The position numbers and the translations under genes are program-made. A DNA stretch of 63,370 nt, the filler included, from Octopus bimaculoides (Eukaryota): the NCBI RefSeq assembly GCF_001194135.2. It is 4 parts of 4 records of this genome, joined end to end, with 100 filler letters (N's around TTAATTAATTAA, not from the genome) between each part and the next. Parts side by side here need not be neighbours in the genome. Positions count along the whole stretch, not along the records: positions 1 to 28,187 come from NC_068986.1; 3 more parts are not named here. One strand, 5' to 3'. Shown here in pieces: positions 1 to 10,124 of the stretch. Each line of letters starts with the position of its first letter. Position 1 is the first letter of the stretch. The notes beneath the pieces were generated by a model. It was given only the letters and a program-made list of their open reading frames with translations, ran no database searches and had not been told where the DNA came from.

Positions 1-349
1 CTGTATGCATCAGGCACAGGGTTCTCACTAAATTAGTCGAGCTGACCGTCAAATAATTGAACTGAAAAAACGTGTTTCTTTATTCTTTATAAATTGACAT
101 TTTTTAAAAACATGAGAAATCGTAATAATTTTATCGATTTATTGGGTGTTATGCACTCTCAGTGCCTGTTGTTTCAATTCTCAAGCTATTTTTTTGTATT
201 TTGAATACAATTTTTTAATTTTTGATTTTTTTCAATTGTAAGTAGGCCCACATGTACTTGTAAATGTGAGTGGACATGGGAAAAGGTGGGGCGTAAAAAC
301 TTTTGCTATGAAAAAGTGGGGCGCCGGGAAAAAAGGTTGGGAAACACTG
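1..349. mobile_element. Right end of a hAT (Charlie-like) non-autonomous DNA transposon
   Basis: Ends in AAAAAGGTTGGGAAACACTG (reverse complement CAGTGTTTCCCAACC, a Charlie-type TIR). It is followed by CTCTATAC, which resembles the NTCTAGAN target consensus. The left end is not seen. Confidence 0.4.
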
Positions 350-375
350 CTCTATACGCACTACACTCTTTGGAG

Positions 376-791
376 TGTGTGTGTGTATGTTTGTGTATGT
401 ATGTATGTATGTATATATGTATGTATGTATGTACGTATGCATACATGCATGTATGTATGTATGTATGTATGTATGTATGTATACATATATACAAACATAC
501 GTACACATTTCACTTAGGCATTGCGATATTCATAACCTAGTGTAGAATTTACTATGCATATACTTTGAATGAAAGGTTAGTCATGTACAGATGTCAAAGA
601 AATAAACTATTCTCTAATGAACTTCATTAGCTTACAGCTGTTTCCACTATAAGATATATTTGAGTGCCTGAGTAACACCTCACTGTTTCATCAGAGCTTC
701 AAACATGAAGCTCAATTTATTTGGAAAAACAAATACGTTGGTAATAGTTGAAGTTCATAAGATAATTACTTATTCCTTTGCCATCTCTTTC

Positions 792-822
<31 letters not shown>

Positions 823-925
823 CATACATACATGCATGCATGCATACATGCATGCATACATACATACATACATGCATACATACATACATACATACATACA
901 TACATACATACATACATACATACAT
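376..925. repeat. (TATG)n at ~376-490 and (CATA)n at ~793-925 microsatellites
   Basis: Tetranucleotide arrays visible directly; they generate the MYVC/HTYI ORFs. Confidence 0.95.
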
Positions 926-934
926 AGAATGTTA

Positions 935-2068
935 CATGTAATCACGCATAGACGAAAATGTATCATATGAACGCACTGTGAATAAAGATAGAGCGACCTG
1001 AGAATATTACACCAGACTTAGGAAAATATGGCAACAAAACAATATCCCACAATATCTTACAATAAAACAATATCTCACAATGCATTTGAAGTACCAGTGC
1101 TGATCTCAACATTTGAGATACTTGATTGGTCTGTAGAGGAAATCCACTCCATAGATATCAAAACCCGCAAAATCCTGACAACAACTGGGAACTTCCACAG
1201 AAACAGTGTTGTTGACAGGCTTTACATAAGAAGATATGAAGGTGGTAGAGGTCTGCGATCAGTGCAGACGGCCTTCGAATGCCGTATGGTGTCACTCAGG
1301 CAGCACCTGCTAAACAGCAGCAGCAAAAATAAATATATTAATGCAGTCCTGAAAAGTGAAATGAGCAACATTGTACGAGTTGGCAGTGAACCTCCCAAGA
1401 AACACTCTCTTCCTGATGATCTCCTATACAGCCCCCAAACAACAGGGCTCTCTTACCTCAGAGAAGACATGGATGGAAAGCACTCAGCATACAAAAAAAA
1501 AAAATGACCGGAAGTTTGAAGAAGACAGTAGAATTGACACAAAGCGCAGCTTCTCTTGGATACAAGACCACTACATCACAAGACACTTTGAAAGCTATGC
1601 GTTTGCAATCCAGGAACAGGAGATTGCCACAAAATACCTGGTGAACAAGAGAGACAGTGACGCTCTTGTAATCCCAAGGTTCAACTGTGTGTGTAGGCTA
1701 TGTCATGTTTCTGTGGAGGACATTACGCATGTGATTAGCAGCTGTCCTAAAATGTCGAAATCTCCAGCTTCTATATCCAGACTATGAATTCATATTCATA
1801 CCAACAATAATTGGAGCACTAGGTTTTGTTAGTAAATGCTTAAAGGAGAATCTGGATAAACTGGGATTTCCAGAGGGAGAAATTGACCGGCTGATTCGTA
1901 TATTACAAGTTCAATCTGTGAGTAGAACAATAGAAATATGCAAGACTTCTGAAGTTCCAAATGTGAATTTTCTGTGATAACTACATCCCAAAATGAAGTC
2001 TTATATCTTTGTTGGAAACCGGCTCCATCTTCAGTGGAAGATTTATAATAATTAAAAAATAGAAGAGA
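935..2068 (+). mobile_element. 5'-truncated, internally deleted R4/Dong-like RLE non-LTR retrotransposon ((CATA)n-associated lineage)
   Basis: RT C-terminal region DWSVEEIHSIDIKTRK..DRLYIRRYEGGRGL; FAIQEQEIATKY; CCHC knuckle CRLC..EDITHVISSC. It then jumps to the C-terminal NLQLLYPDYEFIFIPTIIGALG..KICKT-like segment (~1760-1960), so the PD-(D/E)xK core is deleted. Frameshift at the A-run near 1493-1504. Flanked by (CATA)n on both sides. Confidence 0.85.
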
Positions 2069-2078
2069 CATGCATACA

Positions 2079-2109
<31 letters not shown>

Positions 2110-3559
2110 TTGTGTGTGTGTATATGTATGTATGTATGTATGTATGAATGTATGTATGTAAACTGTTTAAACACTATATTGCATAGTATATTGCTTACAC
2201 TCTTCTTAACGTAACGAAGTACAAACTGAAAAAAGTTCTTTTTATACTTCATAGTAGGCGACAAGGGTTGCCGGGTATGCGAATAAGAATGTAAACTTTC
2301 ATCCAGTGAAGCTACCCTTGACCTGACGGGTAGCCTGTGATATACACCTCACTTGGATATTTACCACTTCCGAGGTTTTGCTTGCTATGAAATAATATAT
2401 ATATATATATANNNNNNNNNNNNNNNNNNNNNNNNNNNNNNNNNNNNNNNNNNNNNNNNNNNNNNNNNNNNNNNNNNNNNNNNNNATATATTGTGCGTGT
2501 GTGTGTGTATGTGCGTGTGTGTGTGTGTGTGCGTGCATATGTGTGTGTACGACTACTACTGTATGAGTTAGACCTTCACGTAGATTATCATTATCCAGTC
2601 AGCTTCCAGTGTAGCGTTTAGTCGACCACTGTACGGGAGTGTTACTAGTTATGAAATACAGAACACACACACACACACACACAATTTTACTGGCTCTCTG
2701 CATATACACCTGTCTGTGATGTGGTCATTGCAGCCGATCTGCCGACTGAACGAGGGGTAACATCTATGCCTTGATTAGTTTTCCATGGTCGATTCTATTG
2801 CAATTCGTCGTAGAAGTATCACCATTGTCTTTGTTTAAGGTTAGAAGGCGAGATTTTATTTCAGAGTGCGCATACCCAGAATGGATACCGCAAACCAACC
2901 TGTACGACGATGTAGCAATTCTGAATTGGTACTTTATTTTTATCGATTCCGATGTGGTGGAAAGCAAAGTTGATCTCGATGGAATTTGAACTCAGAATGG
3001 ATAGAATCGTACGAATACTACAAAGTATTTTATGCGACGCTGTAGCGACTCCTCCAATTCGATGCCCTGTATGTAAGCTGTTTAAACACTATATTGCATA
3101 GTGTATATTGCTTACACCGTACATAACGCTCGTTCTACTCTATACTCTACACATCTCTATGATGTATATTCTAGTCTGTATAAAGTGCCCAAATTTAGAC
3201 ACAAACTAAACAAGCTCTAGATCAGAATTTCACAACCCACAAAGATCTCAAAATAATTAAAAGGCTTAAGCTTTCAATTTCTGTGTGATTTTCCGGTGTA
3301 ATTCTTAACAAAGGGCCTTCAAGCTATTTGTAACTTACGGCCTCACCAAGCATAACTCCAGTACTTACGTATATTATGTATATCTAACCTCTATATACTA
3401 TGAAATATAAACACATATAATCATTACTCTACTTATATGCTATATACCCGGGCCTATTATGCACAGTAACGAGCGAAGCAAACACTAATTCACGTCAGTG
3501 TTGGAATTAATTTATATATTTATGAATATTTTTATCTGGAGACAGTAGCCGCGTCTATA

Positions 3560-4110
3560 TCATTGCAGGGTTTCTAAAACCATTGAGATTGACACAGTTA
3601 ATGTACCTATTCAATAATTTCAAGCTGATACAGGCAATACATAAGTAGTGTTAGGAGGAATTACAAAAGAATTGAAGTTCTAAAAGAAAGATTTGAAGTG
3701 GTTTGACGGAGTCTAATGTGATGAGAAGAGGAGACGATACCAGACAACTCTGAGAGGTCACAGTTGTGGAAGTAATAAATGTATAGTGTGAAGTCAACAC
3801 ATCTTTGAGTTATGGCTTAGAGTTTATTGTTGAGTGAACTTAGGCTAATCAGTTCTATAGAATCTCATCTTACAATTTAAGAGTTCAATAATAAATTGTA
3901 GTTGAGCCATCAGGTCTGTGGACCAGGACTTATAGTGTATTGGTGAGTGATTTCAGGTCATCTTGTAATTTAAGTTTTCAATCCTAAAATGCAGAATTTA
4001 ATTAGTACATTTGAGAGCAGGCTTAGAGTGTATTGGTGACTGACTTCAGGCTAATGAGTTCTTCGGAATGTCACCTTGCAAAATAAATGTTCAATAACAA
4101 AATATTCTAA
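3560..4110 (-). mobile_element. Very degenerate LINE (CR1/L2-like) remnant with three ~100-bp internal repeats
   Basis: Minus-strand LQDDLKSL..WSTDLM resembles a post-YADD RT segment. Repeated units agagt(g/t)tattg(g/t)tga.tga..tcaggcta occur at ~3815, ~3930 and ~4022. Confidence 0.3.
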
Positions 4111-4653
4111 ATCGGTTTTAACTCTTTCCCTTGAAGATAAGTTTCAGCTTAATTAGAATATCTTTCACTCGTAATCTAATCTATCCTTACCTTCCTGAAT
4201 TACGTAGACTCATGTAATTGATCCTAGTTTATTTTAATTCCCTTAGCTTACATTCATATTTATTAAAATTATAATGGCCAAAACTCATCATAACATTTTT
4301 ATTGTAAAAATCTCTGTTCACTAATAAAAGAAGGCTTCAGAAGATTGGTCTAAAATAATCAAAATATGTCTGCAGCTGATACCTTGCCTGTTAACAAAGA
4401 TTAAGTTTTCCTCCTAAACATGGAAGTTCAATCTTTTGTGAAATATATTCGAACTTCCTTGAAATTACCTTCTCTTTTCTTTAAAACTCGCTGACAGTTA
4501 ACTTTGGTTCTTTGTTCTTTTCCCAACGAAGAGGCAATTTTCAAATCATTTAGTACATCGCCATTTCCTTGCTATATCTAAATCCATGGTATTAGTCCAT
4601 TTCAGTAATTGGTTTAAGCTCACGTTTTGGAATAACGGAAAAGTATTCAAATA

Positions 4654-4664
4654 CAATAATAATG

Positions 4665-4719
<55 letters not shown>

Positions 4720-4834
4720 GAGCATCACAACAAACCACATCACATACCCAAGGCACACAGAGCTGCGCTCGGTAGTGAAGTGAAAGCACGTTATAAAAAT
4801 AAAACTACTGAACAACAACAACAACAACAACAAC

Positions 4835-4895
<61 letters not shown>

Positions 4896-4921
4896 TTTAA
4901 TAATAATAATAATAATAATAA
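4654..4921 (+). repeat. (AAT)n/(AAC)n array containing a solo ~92-bp R4-like 3' tail (4718-4809)
   Basis: AAGAGCATCACAACAAACCAC...GCGCTCGGTAGTGAAGTGAAAGCACGTTATAAAAATAAAACTACTG matches the 3' UTRs attached to RLE ORF ends at ~11963-12056 and ~35655-35750. Confidence 0.9.
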
Positions 4922-5489
4922 CCCACTTTCTACGCAAACACTATCAATTCAATAATATAATTTAAACAGAACAATCGAGAAACACAAGACACTCTATATA
5001 GCAAGTATCCAATAAGATAAACAGCCACCACCAGACCAAATACCCAACGCACGCACACTCACACTACACGCAGCACAAGCATTAATACAACAAAAGACTT
5101 CACCAGACCCCATAATAAAAGAAACTGACGCAATACAATACCGGGAATAGTTTGCACTCCCCCAACATCAAAAAGAACATACAATGCTGCTCACACCTTT
5201 GTAATATGGAGGTGCAGCAGGTGATGTAGTAGAAATTTACCTGAAACAACCAAATGTTGAACAACAACAGCAACGTCAACGACAACAACAACAATAATAA
5301 GTATTCCTTTACTGACTTTAGGGTCCCCTACTCCACATAAACTACAAAACATCTTATATAAAATGATGACAAACAAATTAGGGTATGTGTACGCATGCTT
5401 ATTTTATCAAAAGTTGACAGTTTAATATACTTGACAACTCTTACATTACTATAGGCATGCATACTTACATGTATACGCACATACATGCA

Positions 5490-6004
5490 GAGGCAGAGCC
5501 ACTCATAATAAAAAGTAGTACTGGTGGAATGTCCCAGGGAAAACCTGGAAAAAACGTAAGCACAACAGACCAGATATAATGATTTGGGATAAACAAGTGA
5601 AACTCTGTATAGTTGTGGAAATTGGCTGGCCAACGGATGTTAATATAAAGTAAAAAAGAGAATGCCTGCGCTGTACTATTGAGAAATCTGCAGTTACTCT
5701 ATCCAGATTACAAGTTCAAGTTTATACCTGTAATTATTGGGGCATTGGGATATGTAACACACTACCTAAATACCAATCTTGAGAAATTAGGTTTCTCAAA
5801 ATCAGAAAGGAGAAAGCTAATTTGAAGACTACTGATCCAATCCGTCATTGGAAATGTAAAAATCTGTAAAACTTCCCAGACGTTTATGATTTAAATATAT
5901 ATAATCATGTCTAGATATGCAACTATATGCATGAGAACACATACGTAAAACAAAACATACAAATTTGCGCACATACATACATACCTACATGCATACATAC
6001 GTAC

Positions 6005-6035
<31 letters not shown>

Positions 6036-6205
6036 CATTCATACACACATACATACATACATACATACATACATACATGCATGCATACGCACAAAAATAC
6101 CTTGTCGATGTTGTTGAAATTCCAATGAAGGGGCCTTGGATCTAGGTTAGAAACCGGTTCTTTCTCTATTCACAAGAAACCTTGAGATAAAACTGAACAA
6201 TGATA
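5490..6205 (+). mobile_element. 3' fragment of an R4/Dong-like element (RLE domain plus 3' UTR), (CATA)n-associated lineage
   Basis: WWNVPGKTWKKRKHNRPDIMIWDKQVKLCIVVEIGWPTDVNI (RPD..E core) followed by NLQLLYPDYKFKFIPVIIGALG. The 3' UTR contains GGGGCCTTGGATCTAGGTTAGAAACCGG and ends in (CATA)n. Confidence 0.85.
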
Positions 6206-6604
6206 TACATACATACATACATTCATACGTACATATATCCATCCATCCATCCATACATACATACATACATACATACATACATGCATTATATACATACGTG
6301 CATGAATATATGCACATACTTGGTTGTGTGTATGTACAAAGACACACGTGAAACGTAATGTTGTACACACACATACATACATAAACAGTTAAGTACTAAA
6401 AGGACATGTTCATATAGAACATAAATGCAGCTGGATAAATCTATGCATATGCACACATCAACTCAACCACATATTTACAAACTCCCCGAGAAGTCCCATA
6501 CTTAAAGTCTCGTCATTTTATTAGCGACCGGACTGATCACTATTTAGAACTTATGACACAGGCACAGACACACACACACAGACAAACACAGTCACACACA
6601 CACA

Positions 6605-6673
<69 letters not shown>

Positions 6674-7634
6674 ACACACAAGCAAATTGATTTGCTCATA
6701 GTCTTTAGTGACAACAACTGACGTGTTAGACAATATTTGACGTCATATTTGTAAGCTGTACCTCATAATTAATCTAAAACTGCTTTCACCTTCAAGGNNN
6801 NNNNNNNNNNNNNNNNNNNNNNNNNNNNNNNNNNNNNNNNNNNNNNNNNNNNNNNNNNNNNNNNNNNNNNNNNNNNNNNNNNNNNNNNNNNNNNNNNNNN
6901 NNNNNNNNNNNNNNNNNNNNNNNNNNNNNNNNNNNNNNNNNNNNNNNNNNNNNNNNNNNNNNNNNNNNNNNNNNNNNNNNNNNNNNNNNNNNNNNNNNNN
7001 NNNNNNNNNNNNNNNNNNNNNNNNNNNNNNNNNNNNNNNNNNNNNNNNNNNNNNNNNNNNNNNNNNNNNNNNNNNNNNNNNNNNNNNNNNNNNNNNNNNN
7101 NNNNNNNNNNNNNNNNNNNNNNNNNNNNNNNNNNNNNNNNNNNNNNNNNNNNNNNNNNNNNNNNNNNNNNNNNNNNNNNNNNNNNNNNNNNNNNNNNNNN
7201 NNNNNNNNNNNNNNNNNNNNNNNNNNNNNNNNNNNNNNNNNNNNNNNNNNNNNNNNNNNNNNNNNNNNNNNNNNNNNNNNNNNNNNNNNNNNNNNNNNNN
7301 NNNNNNNNNNNNNNNNNNNNNNNNNNNNNNNNNNNNNNNNNNNNNNNNNNNNNNNNNNNNNNNNNNNNNNNNNNNNNNNNNNNNNNNNNNNNNNNNNNNN
7401 NNNNNNNNNNNNNNNNNNNNNNNNNNNNNNNNNNNNNNNNNNNNNNNNNNNNNNNNNNNNNNNNNNNNNNNNNNNNNNNNNNNNNNNNNNNNNNNNNNNN
7501 NNNNNNNNNNNNNNNNNNNNNNNNNNNNNNNNNNNNNNNNNNNNNNNNNNNNNNNNNNNNNNNNNNNNNNNNNNNNNNNNNNNNNNNNNNNNNNNNNNNN
7601 NNNNNNNNNNNNNNNNNNNNNNNNNNNNNNNNNN

Positions 7635-7668
<34 letters not shown>

Positions 7669-7943
7669 GCACACGCGCGCGCATGTATATTTTTAACCTT
7701 ATGTTAAATTATTCTTCAGAGGCACATACAAATAACTGCTTCCATTCTTTATTTGCTTCGTGCCAACTATGGTATCAGTATGATTTCCTTGTTCCTGCTA
7801 AGCAGTCTTCCCTCTTCTACCTTTCCAGGAATAAGATGCATAACCAGTTCTGACTAGCATCCAAATGCTAAACACAATGAAAGCTTATTTTTGGTTCAAT
7901 TCTCAATATTAATTATCATTATCATTATTATGATCATTAAAAA

Positions 7944-8160
7944 GGTGTCGAGCTGGCAGGATCACCATAGCGCCGGACGAAATGCTTAACAGCATTTCAT
8001 CCAGCTTCATTTTTATGTTTTGAATTAAAAAACTGCCGAGGTCAACTTCATCTTTCATCCTTTCGATAACGTAAGTACCACTTGAGCACTGGGGTCGGCG
8101 TAATCGACTTGGCCCTTCCTACCCAAATTTCAGGCCTTATGCCTATAGAAGAAAGGATCA
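7944..8160 (+). mobile_element. tRNA-derived SINE, type A (degenerate)
   Basis: Head GGTGTCGAGCTGGCAG..GCCGGACGAAATGCTTA and body GCCGAGGTCAACTT..CTTTCATCCTTT..GGGGTCG are shared with the copy at 23976-24210. Confidence 0.75.
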
Positions 8161-8365
8161 CCACCATCATCATCATCATGACCCTCCTCCTCCTCCTCCT
8201 CATCATCATCATCATGACCCTCCTCCTCCTCCACTTCCTCCTCTTCCTCCTCCTTCTCCTCTTCCTCCTCCTTCTCCTCTTCCTCCTCCTCCTCCTCCTC
8301 CTCCTCCTCCTCTTCATCATCATCATCATCATCATCACCACCATCATCATCACCATCATCACCAT
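8160..8365. repeat. Compound (CAT)n/(CCT)n/(CTT)n trinucleotide repeat
   Basis: Visible directly; source of the poly-D/E, poly-R and poly-M ORFs. Confidence 0.95.
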
Positions 8366-8734
8366 TATTTAGTTCAAATCCCGCCGGAGTCAACTTTACG
8401 TTTCATCGTCAAGTATTGAGGTCGATGTAAAATTGTTGGCTTTGTACCAAAATTTGAAACTCGATAGAAACGTTAGTATGTCGGATAAAGTGTTTGGTGA
8501 CTTTCGTTCGGTCTTTTTTATTTTCTGAGTTCAAGTACCACAGATGTCTACTTTACCTTTCATCCTTTCAAAATCGATAAAATAAATACCTATCAAGTAC
8601 TGGGGTCGATGCAATAAACTAGCCCCTCCTCCTAAAATTGCTAGACCTACAGTTCTATATTTAAGAGATGAGTAATTATGTACATTATTTACATTATTTA
8701 CATTTGACGGATATTTGTCCTCATCTTTGTTGCT

Positions 8735-8780
8735 AACACAACGTTTCGGCTGATATACTCTCCAGCCTTCATCAGGTGTC
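8735..8780 (-). ncRNA. Minimal type-I hammerhead ribozyme motif (inverted copy)
   Basis: Reverse complement reads GACAC CUGAUGA A GGCUG GAGAGUAUAU CAGCC GAAAC GUU GUGUU. Confidence 0.75.
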
Positions 8781-8802
8781 TTGGGGTTCGAAATTTCCTC
8801 AA

Positions 8803-8848
8803 GACACCTGATGAAGGCTGGAGGGTATATCAGCCGAAACGTTGTGTT
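8803..8848 (+). ncRNA. Minimal type-I hammerhead ribozyme motif
   Basis: Stem I GACAC/GUGUU; core CUGAUGA; one extra A; stem II GGCUG/CAGCC; GAAA; 2-bp self-complementary stem III (AACGUU); predicted GUU cleavage after 8843. Confidence 0.75.
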
Positions 8849-8965
8849 AACAAACAAGATGAGGACAAATATCCGTCAAATGTAAATAATGTGAATAATT
8901 GCTGGACCTGTTCTAAAATTTGAAACGTTATTATTATTATCAGAGTACCTTGATATTGCTGTTAA

Positions 8966-9004
<39 letters not shown>

Positions 9005-9184
9005 CGTTGTTGTTTCTTTGCCCCAACACTCGTTTTTGTTTAACACTAGTCAAGCCAGACAATTGAAATACGCTATTTCAGATTTTGTCATGGCTATATT
9101 TGTGTGGTTACGGTGGTGCTAACTACTGTTGTGGCCACTGCTATAGTTCTTGCGGCAGTTGTTGTCTCCCTTATTACTACATAG

Positions 9185-9440
9185 ACCTTTGTCACGAAGG
9201 GAGTCGGTCGATCGACCAGGCACCATTGGGATAAATTACGCACAATTTTCTCCATTTATCACGGTTATCTGCCAGAACTCGACTTTCCGCAAATGATTCA
9301 CCGGTTCATTCTTCGACCCATATTTTCTTCTGTTTGTCCCTCCTTCTTTCCTTGAAGAATGGCCTGTGCAAGGTCACTGGATCTTTCTTTTCTTCACAGT
9401 TGCGAAGTTTTCTTCATGGAAGCCAATGTTATGCTAGATT
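9185..9440 (-). mobile_element. 3' end of an RTE-clade LINE (degenerate)
   Basis: Minus-strand RRRDKQKKIWVEE*TGESFAESRVLADNRDKWRKL matches the typical RTE C-terminus (GxRxRGR.KKRW.DNIKEWTG..FAE...A.DR..WR). Confidence 0.65.
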
Positions 9441-9639
9441 GTTTAACGAATCAGTTCGTTTGAGATGCTGTCGAAGTACCAGATGTTTAAGATGCTGCAT
9501 ATATATGTAAGCTACAAAGGAAAGTATTGTCATGAAGTGCCAACGTTTTTAGTGGAAAACTATCAAATTAAACGGTTAGAAAAGTTATTACAAAGATCTC
9601 TTTTGTTTACTACTACTGGCATGATAATAACGGTTTTAA

Positions 9640-9965
9640 ATTTTGGCACAAGGCCAGCAATTTCGGGGGGGGGGGGTAATTCGATTACATCGACTTCTGT
9701 GCTTGACCTTGGTTCTTGGCAGAATTTCAACTCAGACTGTAAAGACGGACGAAATGGCGCTAATCATTTTGTCTCGCGTGCTAATGATTCTGCTAGCTGG
9801 CCGCCTTAATAATAAAAATAATAAGACCTGGAGTTCTGTGGAAGGGAGCTAGTGGGTTGCATCGACCCCAGTGCTCATTTGGTACTTATTTTACCGAACA
9901 CGAAAGGATGAAGGTCGATGCAGCTAAGCATTTTGCACAACGTGCAAACTATTCTGCTAGCTTGC
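9640..9965 (-). mobile_element. Two type A SINE fragments
   Basis: Reverse complements of the GGCGAGCTGGCAGAATCGTTAGCACG head and the GGGGTCGAT body. Confidence 0.6.
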
Positions 9966-9969
9966 CGCC

Positions 9970-10120
<151 letters not shown>

Positions 10121-10124
10121 GTAG

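Larger units (their letters stand above)
8649..8896. mobile_element. 248-bp fold-back insertion (PLE pseudo-LTR-like) with ~95-bp inverted arms and a 13-bp TSD
   Basis: Arms at ~8691-8786 and ~8797-8892 are near-perfect reverse complements. Flanking direct repeats are AATTGCTAGACCT (8636-8648) and AATTGCTGGACCT (8897-8909). Confidence 0.85.
8480..8930 (+). mobile_element. Type A SINE interrupted by a fold-back insertion
   Basis: The SINE body (CCTTTCATCCTTT..GTACTGGGGTCGAT..CCCCTCC) runs to 8648. Its tail resumes at 8897 (AATTGCTGGACCTGTTCTAAAATTTGAAAC). Confidence 0.7.
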
